Shown here: in pieces, positions 12,401 through 21,400 of the stretch
Layout of the letters: the number at the start of each line of letters is the position of its first letter
How positions within the stretch are numbered: position 1 is the first letter of the stretch
Source: Phoronis australis
Taxonomy: Eukaryota > Animalia > Phoronida
Direction: 5' to 3'
DNA length: 64,000 bases
Assembly: GCA_002633005.1 (NCBI GenBank)
Contig: NMRA01000043.1
Span: 400,018 to 464,017 of the forward strand
Made by a program: the position numbers and the translations under genes
The notes under the pieces: model-generated
Databases searched by the model: none
Told to the model about the DNA's origin: nothing
Seen by the model: only the letters and a program-made list of their open reading frames with translations

Positions 12401-15400
12401 TTGGAGATAGAGCAGCGGACGCCGGACGCCGGACGGACGGACGGACGGACGGACGGACGGACGGACGGACGGACAGAGATGACGGCATAATGCGTCCACA
12501 TATAAATATGTGGGCGCATAAAAAGTATGCATGTTGAGAAAAACAAGTGTAAAAGTTGGAATAAGGTGAGTAACAACAAATTTTTTTGACATACTTCATG
12601 AAGATTGTGTTGCTACTAGTATCCCTACACGTACAACACGCGTGTGAAATTCTTACCCATGCAGTACATCTGCCCTGTATGGTATTGTCAATTTGTGCTG
12701 CATGTTTTTCGACTTAATGACTATTTTTCCAGACCAATGTTTCGGACTAAGAGCTCTTGAGGCTGAAAGAAATAATTAAGTCGGATGAAGATAAAAACAA
12801 TAGTTTCACGACGAACACTAATGTGCAACTGAAACAATAAAGCACATGATGATATTTAAGTTGATTGCTAATAAAGCACTTGTGCAACACAACATATTTC
12901 CACAATGAAAAATGTAAAAAATGTTGCGTTTTTCAACACTGGTGACGATGAATTCTTATCAAAGAAGACACTGTAAGTACTCAAAGGAAGAAATTCCAAT
13001 GTCTATCATTCAGAATATGCTAACAGAAAATAGATTTCATATTTCCAAAGAATGACAAGTCAATATGCTACCTGTAAAGGTGATTGATCCAATAGACGTG
13101 GCTCGGTGCAACTCTGGTCGCACCTTGACCGGACGAAACTCTATATTGACTGCATCGTTTGGTGGTACAATCGAAACACTCTGCAGGTATAATTGAAGAT
13201 TAGAAGTCAAAGCAAATCAATTTCCCAAAAGAAGACCTAAGCATTACAATATTAGCAATATTTCACATAACAGTGACTGGATGCCCACACTTTCAATTAG
13301 CAAAATGAAAAAAGAATACATTCCTGTTGACAATGAGATAACAAGAGCAACCTATGGCATCAGGTGTCATGAGACGATTACAAATAAGTGATCATCTTTA
13401 TACAACACAGTGGGCAATGAAAAATCACAAAGTCAATAACATGTATTTCAATTATTTATAAGTACCTGGTTAGAGTGAACACATATATTCCTTACGTATC
13501 TGTATTGACTGTTTAATAAGTGACTTGTAAGGCCAAATCGGAGCAGGATTCACTTGTATTGTTAACTATGTATCAACGTGACCCCAGAAAAACAGATGGT
13601 CACTGTATACGTTTACAACAACCTATCAAGTTTTGTAGTTCAGTTCTGAGACATGACATGGGCCGGCAATTATACGATTTAATGCCCTTTAAACCAACCT
13701 TGCATCAAAAAATGAATTTTTAATTTGTGGAACTTATTTTTATAAATCTTGTTTTAGCTTGATCCTTGCACAGATAAGATACAATTTCCTGGCTTGGAAA
13801 TCATTTCTCACCAGAGTAAGGGGAGGTTGACAATATTGACAATTAAAATGGACAGTGGCCAAAATCAAGCGTCTTTCAATGTATAAAGAAGAGTTCATAG
13901 CCTCTTAAAATACTTACAGTTAAATGAACTGCTTTTGAGCAAGAGTTGACTAATTTAAGCTTGAGAGATTTGGGGCTGTCTAAAGTTCTTAAAATGCCAA
14001 AATCTAAAACTTCAGTTGGCGCATACAGCCCGGGACCTGCAAAGAAATAATAAAAAAATATCAGTAAGCAACCATTTTAAACCAACACCAGCACTTTTTG
14101 AAATTTTTGACTAACTGTATACTGTGTGCAAATTATTGACTACCTGTATACTGTGCAAATTGCTGACTAACTGTATACTGTGCAAATTGTTGACTAACTG
14201 TATACTGTGCAAATTGTTGAAACTGTATACTGTGCAAATTGTTGACTAACTGTATACTGTGCAAATTGTTGACTAACTGCATACTGTGCAAATTATTGAC
14301 TAACTGACGGAGTGTATACTGTGCAAATTAAGACAGTTTAAAAAAGCAAAGGCAGCAGAAAACTCATTGATAATGATTACAGGAAAGAAATTCGACATAA
14401 TTCACTTCTCGATATTGGTACCACTACACATCACATCACTGATATTTAGTAGATTCATAACAACAGAATCGTGGCGTGTCATCAATAACATTCCATTTCT
14501 ACAATACAGAACACCACCTTGAAGTTAAAAATCACAAACTTCAAAGCACAGTAAGTCAGATTAGTGCCAGCAAAACTATCCAGCGAGGCAACAATCCATA
14601 AAGATGAACTCAACTCCTCCTACAGCGTCAGTAATAATAAGAAGAAAGCTACTCAGTCAATTAAACAAGCACATAAGGAAATTGTTGGCCTTAGTGAAGT
14701 CCTTAAGAAACTGTTTAATGTCCACTTTCATCCCATAAACGTATATAGTTTCTGAATCCTGATATGCGCGTAACAATCACAATTCATGCCTTAAAATGTC
14801 ATATATAATTTTAAAAAATGTGAAAATAGTCATTTTGTTTTGAAGATGAATTTTAAAAAACCTAAACTGCGAGTGGTTTTGTGTTGGAACATTATTTTTG
14901 CTGCCAATAATACTCAGTCACAAGTGTCTCAGAAGTTTGATTTACCCTCAAATATCAAAGATATCAGACTACTAATTTCCTTTCAAAAAACGTACCAAGT
15001 CTTACGCAATTTTTGAAAGCCGGCATCTTTATTGTTCAAAGGTATACGGAAAATCTGAGACACCGTTTAGTCAGCTATAGACCATAAAAGCATGCAAAAT
15101 TTTACAGCAAAATAGACGATCAAAGAACTGTCATAATTCAGACAGTTTGAGAATGGTTGACAAAGATTAGCCAAGTTCTGGCATACTTAGTACATAAATA
15201 GTGCCTTTAAAGACACGTTATGGTTAGAAATGAAAATTAAAGGTATAACTTTACACAAAATGTGCATATCATTGCATTTTTGAAAAAATCCACGAAAGTA
15301 GACAACTTAATCTACTCATGAGTATTTTAAACACAACACATGAGGATAAATAAGGTACCGCGATGGAATTGGAAACACGGCTGAAAACATAAAGAGAGTA

Positions 15401-18400
15401 GACCTACTTGAAGACACTTCAACTTCAACGGGTAAAACTAACTGACGTTTATCATCCACGTCAGTTTTTATGCGGATGTAGGCTGTGTGATTCTGCTCTT
15501 TTCTTGCCACAAAACTTGCCCTCATCACAGGCTTTGTTTCATACGGCTGAATTTCCTGAAAATGCCAAACCAAACAACATTATTACCTTTTGAGATTAAT
15601 TTTGGTTGTATCTATAACATTTTAGAAAGTACCTGCTACAGAAACTCAGAAAATATCAAAAAGTTCCTTTTTACTTTCAATGCCATGATGGAAAATTAGA
15701 CGATTAATTCAAATTGTCCTTTCGTTTGTTTTTAATAGTTGATGAGTTGCTGCCGGTGTTACAAATAGGTAATAGTTTAAGGTTAAGTAGGACCTAGTCT
15801 GTGCATTTACCAGCTAAATTTCTACAAAACTACTGTATTTAACTCAGTTGGAATTTCATTTCTACCTTGAAACTGAACTGGTCACGCAACCATGCACTTT
15901 TTGGTAATGTTGGTAAAAAAGAAAGGTAGTTATAAAAACAATGGTAGCAATAACGTCACCAATTTTCTCTTGACATAAAACGTTCATAATGAAATATCAA
16001 AAAACGCTACTACAGTTCTCTTAATTTTTATTTCATTTCTGTTTTATGCAACTTTTGGGTTTCTTGATAAAAATTATAAAAGTATTATTTTTGATAGCCC
16101 CTCATGCAAAAATTGACACAATAAAAATTTCCTAACAGCTTTTTGAAGAACAGCGCATAAAGCACAGCATTTGAAAGTTTCTTACGAGTCCGAATGGTTG
16201 TTTCTGAGATATGGTGTTCTGAATTTAGCCAAGTTTGGACAATTTCATAAGGCTCTAAATAACCTTAACACATGCCATCCTTACCCATAATTTGGACAAA
16301 TTCATAAGGCTCTACATAACCTTAACGCATGCCGTCCTTACCCATAATTTGGACAAATTCATAAGGCTCTACATAACCTTAACACATGCCGTCCTTACCC
16401 ATAATTTTTTCGGTGCTTCTGCCTCACCCGTGGGTAATTCTAAATGCAGATCACCACCACTTGAAAACATTTCTGTAACCTAGGGAGGTAAGAGGAATGA
16501 AAACAATCGGTCACAAAAAGGCTTTTTTCCACCCAAAACTGAGATATTCAGCTATTACCAAGTGTTTGAGACGAGATTGCGTGAATATGGGCTTACCCAT
16601 TGGCCGATTCATGTCTTGAGCAATACAAAAGGTATTACGCCACATGCCTACTTATTTTAAGGTTTAAGAAAACTTTGAATGCAGCATGAAACAAAGGGAA
16701 TTCCATGTACACTTTCAGTTTTGTAATATGTCATGCCACGTTAAGCCAACTAGACCAGGATGAAAAAATTGAGTTAATGTCAAGGGCACGGTACTGCACA
16801 GAACATATTAAAGATGAAGATTTAAAAGCTTTCTATGGGGATGTTGTCTTGAACACAAATCAACAACCCGTAGCTTGCTACAAAAATATCACACAAAATT
16901 AAGGATCAGATCGCTTATCAGAACAAGTACCTTCAGTTGTCAGATTAATGTTGAGTCAGTAACTCAACTTTTCCATGTACTTACTTGTAATGTTTTCTCG
17001 TAAGGGTTATGCATTTGAATTAACGGAGAGTAGCTAGTATTAAGTGGCACTCGCGCCCTTAAAAATGGACGCAGCCTATATGGATTAGGTATGCCCACAC
17101 CAAACACCTGAAAAGAAAATTTAACCATTAAAAATATCTTTGAACCATAAAATAACACTCCACTTGGCCATAGCACCACTACAAATGGAAAGATATGATG
17201 ATGCCTTACAAGCAACACACACGCTTTCACTACACAACTAATGTACTGAATATGAATTTCAATGTGGAAAATGCTGCTGAGTTTTTTATACTGAACTCAA
17301 TGGCTGCAACGTGTCTTAACACAAAAATGCAAGTGGAAATAATGCCATTGACTCTTTGATGTTTTTCAAGCTGCATCTTAAAAGGGCGTTACAAACACTG
17401 TGAGCTAATATTGTGTGAAAAACAGCCAGCTACAGGAATGTCTGCATTTTAGTAGTAACCAGTCATCACCACGGGGATTAATACTGTTCAACTGGATAAT
17501 CCAGTAAATCATTTACTTGAACATCTATCCTCTTACGGCAATTACACCATGAATTTGTGGCTTGATCAGAATAAAGGCCAGCACAAAATTAGACAGCTGC
17601 AAAACAAAGTCGCAAACTAGTGAGTCTATAAAACTTGATGAACGAGTTGAGTTATGCCAGCAAGGCTACTTCAAATGAACTTAAGGAAAACACGCCAACA
17701 AAGAATCACATTTAAGTTCTTAATATCAACAATTTCATATCAAAAACACCAAAACGCACCCCACCTGTTGATTAGCTGCCAAATTAGAACAACCACAAAT
17801 ACTATGTGATGACATGTTACTTAGTCGATTTCGAGTTACAAGCATTTATTGGTGGATAAATACTACATAGAATGGACACTACCAATCACAGCGCTAGTCA
17901 TCCTTCATTGTGTTAAGTGTGAAAAGTCGTCAGATATTGCAGCTCGTTGTCCTGCAATTTATGGCATAATGAAGAATGATGAGGAGTTATGTTAATGGTG
18001 CTTGTCACAATTCAGTATTTGACCACGCTGTGGCTCTTCATTTACACAAGGAGAATAAGAGAAGCACGGATATGGCACAACACAGTACAAGAAACTCACA
18101 TGGTGTTGGACATGATACATAGGCACACAGTATACTTCACACTAGTGTCCGTTGAACAAAGAAACTTTCAATTTAAGACACTTTTCTCCCATTTTCTATT
18201 TTTAAGGGTATTCAATTCACGGTTGTGATACGCAGTAATCTAACGGAAGGTTTAATGGTGATGACAACATAGTTACTTGTCAAAACAAGGTGATTAGTGT
18301 TATTTAGCAGCATAACAAGTTTTGTGTAAGTCATCCATGGAAACAAATGACATAGAAGACCTGTCACTAACCTGATATTTGTAGGTGCCTTGTGATGTGT

Positions 18401-21400
18401 GAATATATAAGGTATTTTCTACATTGCCAACCTCCCGGGCAAGAAACACCACTTCAAATGAGGTATTACTTCCTGGGGGCACCAACTGAAATAGAGAGGA
18501 ACAGGGCTACGTTACAACTAATATATGGCGACTTATATTAAAGGAACAGCAAATTTTCCTCATTTAAACCACATTACGTGATAATACAGTGTATTTGAGA
18601 TGTAGGAAAATGGCACTGGCAAGAACATTTGTGAGAACTTGAAGACAACAACTGAATCACATGCTGGAAAATCTTGTACGCAAATTTAAGTAGTGATATA
18701 ATTTGACACACTTGAAATAAACAACACTCCGTCAATTGTTCAGATTGCTGTTAGTCAACACTTTATACCTTTCACTGGCAATAAGCAAAGCTAGTTCCAA
18801 ACTTAGAATTACACGAATATGGCGAGAACTTTTATGGATACAGTAAAGACACTTTGACTTTAGGATTTGGTAGCAGTAATTCACAGTTAAGCAAAGCGGA
18901 TAACTCACCTTATCTTGGAAAAATGAGCAGTGGAAGTGCTGCGTACTGCCCGATATTGACAACAGGTGAAGACTGTTGATGGTGTCTGGATTTTGAACAG
19001 TAACCTGTTCCATAACTGGCATGCCAACAGGTCTGGTAAAATAAAGGTACAAACATTATTGGAATATGCATAAAAGTTGGAATGATGACATAAACATTGG
19101 AATATGTGATAGAAGGTAGAATGATGACATAAACACAGACAAAACACACAAACAAAATGTGGGATAGCTATGCATCTCAATAAGCATTGTCAATGAAGTT
19201 ATTTTTGATAACAAAAAAATGCACGCACGCACACCCACACAAATATTCATTTATTAATACAAGTTCAGTTCACAGCAACATCCTGATGAATATCGCAATC
19301 ATAAGAAATATAATGAACAACAAAATAAATGACAGAGAGTGAAGATGAGTCAAATTAAAAATGCTCTTTTTAGTAAAAAATAAAATGTCTTTAAAAGCAT
19401 TGGGCATTATATGAAATTTCCAATGGTCGACCGAACTGAGATAACCATTCAGGTCAAATTTAGCTCATCCAGTAGCTGATCTGTCTGCAAGTAAGTAGAC
19501 TGACCTGGAAGTGGCACCTTGCACATGCCAAACCAGTGCAACTACACTAAAATCAAAACACGCTATGACACAATGTGGCAAACAAGTAAAATGTTCTTTC
19601 TTTAATATCCTCCTCCTTTCACTAAACATATGTAGCACCGAATTAATGCTTTAACGATATTCACGTTCTGTACCATAGCTACTATTAGACAATATTTTGA
19701 AATAGAGTGCAAGCATCTCAATGTTAGAAGCATTGAATAATAAAAAGAGCAATTTTGGAGACTATACTTTCAGAAATTAGAAACTTTACCATCCTCCAAC
19801 CAGTCAGTGATCCAGAAGAACAACATAAGACCTCAAACTAAAGGCTCTTCCCTGAATGACTATTAAACACCCATAAACCCATAGCCTTACAAAAACCTGC
19901 TCAGACATACCGTAAACATTCGGGTTAACGCCCTGGGCGGTTAAATTGGCAAACCCAAAACATCGGGGGTGGGTGGTTAACCAGACATGGGCGCTTAAAC
20001 GCGAAATTTCAAGAAATCCAGGATGGGCAGATAACCGCCCTGGGCAGTTAATCTTACCACATGATCCCAGTCCCCACACGTAGTTAGAATGCGTAACACT
20101 TTTCCAAGCTTTCGCCACGTTGCCAAATGACGGTAAAAATGTCATAACAGCGGATGATCACAACAAAGGTTCTGTTGCCCTCTGATTAATTATTTCAGTT
20201 AAATTTACAAAATTGCCCATGCCGTCCTGCCGTTTTGTTAGAGCTGTGCCTGTAGAGCGCAGACAACCAGAGACTATGCAGCTCTCCACTTGGATTGCAG
20301 CTATCCTCACTGACGTGGTGACAGAGCAAAGTGCACGTGTGCAAGCTTCACGTGCTGCGTAGGTTACAGCAGAGTCACGAGTTAGTTGTCAAGTTCTGAG
20401 TTAGAGAGCAGTTTTAAATTATTTGTACTTAAAGTTGAAAAACTAATTCAGGTGTTTTTTTTGTGTTTGGGATGTTTATGTTCGAGACTCCGTGATTCAA
20501 TGACATTTTCAACGTAAGGTTCTACGGCTGTTTTATTTTGACTGTCCGGCAGAGGTCGACAAACATAAGCCAATAGTCAATCAAAAGTTACCGCAAAGGC
20601 ATTACTCAAAAAAGTGCTTAAGACTTTAATGTTAAGAAACACTAACACTATGAATGGGATGAGTCTAATGAACCCATATAGTAGAGTCTGGGAAAGAAGT
20701 AGTTCATACACAAGTACCTGCACCGGTAAAAATAATTCGAAGACGAAGCCCCCATTATTCGGGTAATCGGCACCAGTGGTTTGTTCCAACGAGCAAAGTG
20801 TCCTTACTGAGTCGGTGTTGTTGGAAACAGGACTCGGCGCTAGGCAAAATGAGCTGCAGGTCACATTGGCGACCTGAATTTTGAAAACGTGAGCCGAGAT
20901 TTTGGTCATCTTCTATTTAGTCGTAACATGCGACATGAAATTTCCAATGTACGGGCCACGGCATACATATGCGATAAAACGTCACAAAACAGCGATGTTT
21001 CTATTAATTGTTAAACGATCAACTTACCAAATTTTGTGGTGGAAAAACACATTTTTAATCTACATGCAAGATCTCCAGATTATCCTATTATATAACCTAC
21101 AATATCGTACTGCGGTCCCGCTGTTTGCGCGCAATGTCCCAGCAAACGATCGCGACTTGGAAATGTCAACAAGTAATTGGCCGGTTCAATATGCGTCTCG
21201 TTTTTTATGGCAAAAGACAATGGCAAACAGATTCTCAAGAACTTCTTTCCGATGTTGAGCACGCGCATATGAGTCACCTGTCAATCACACGTGCAGTCAA
21301 GGTAACTTGCACTCCAGAGCGAGGAAACTCAAGCGCGCGTACCACACCAAATTCGCACATCAAAAGAGAATAGCGACAACGGCTTGACTGCAGGTTTAAG

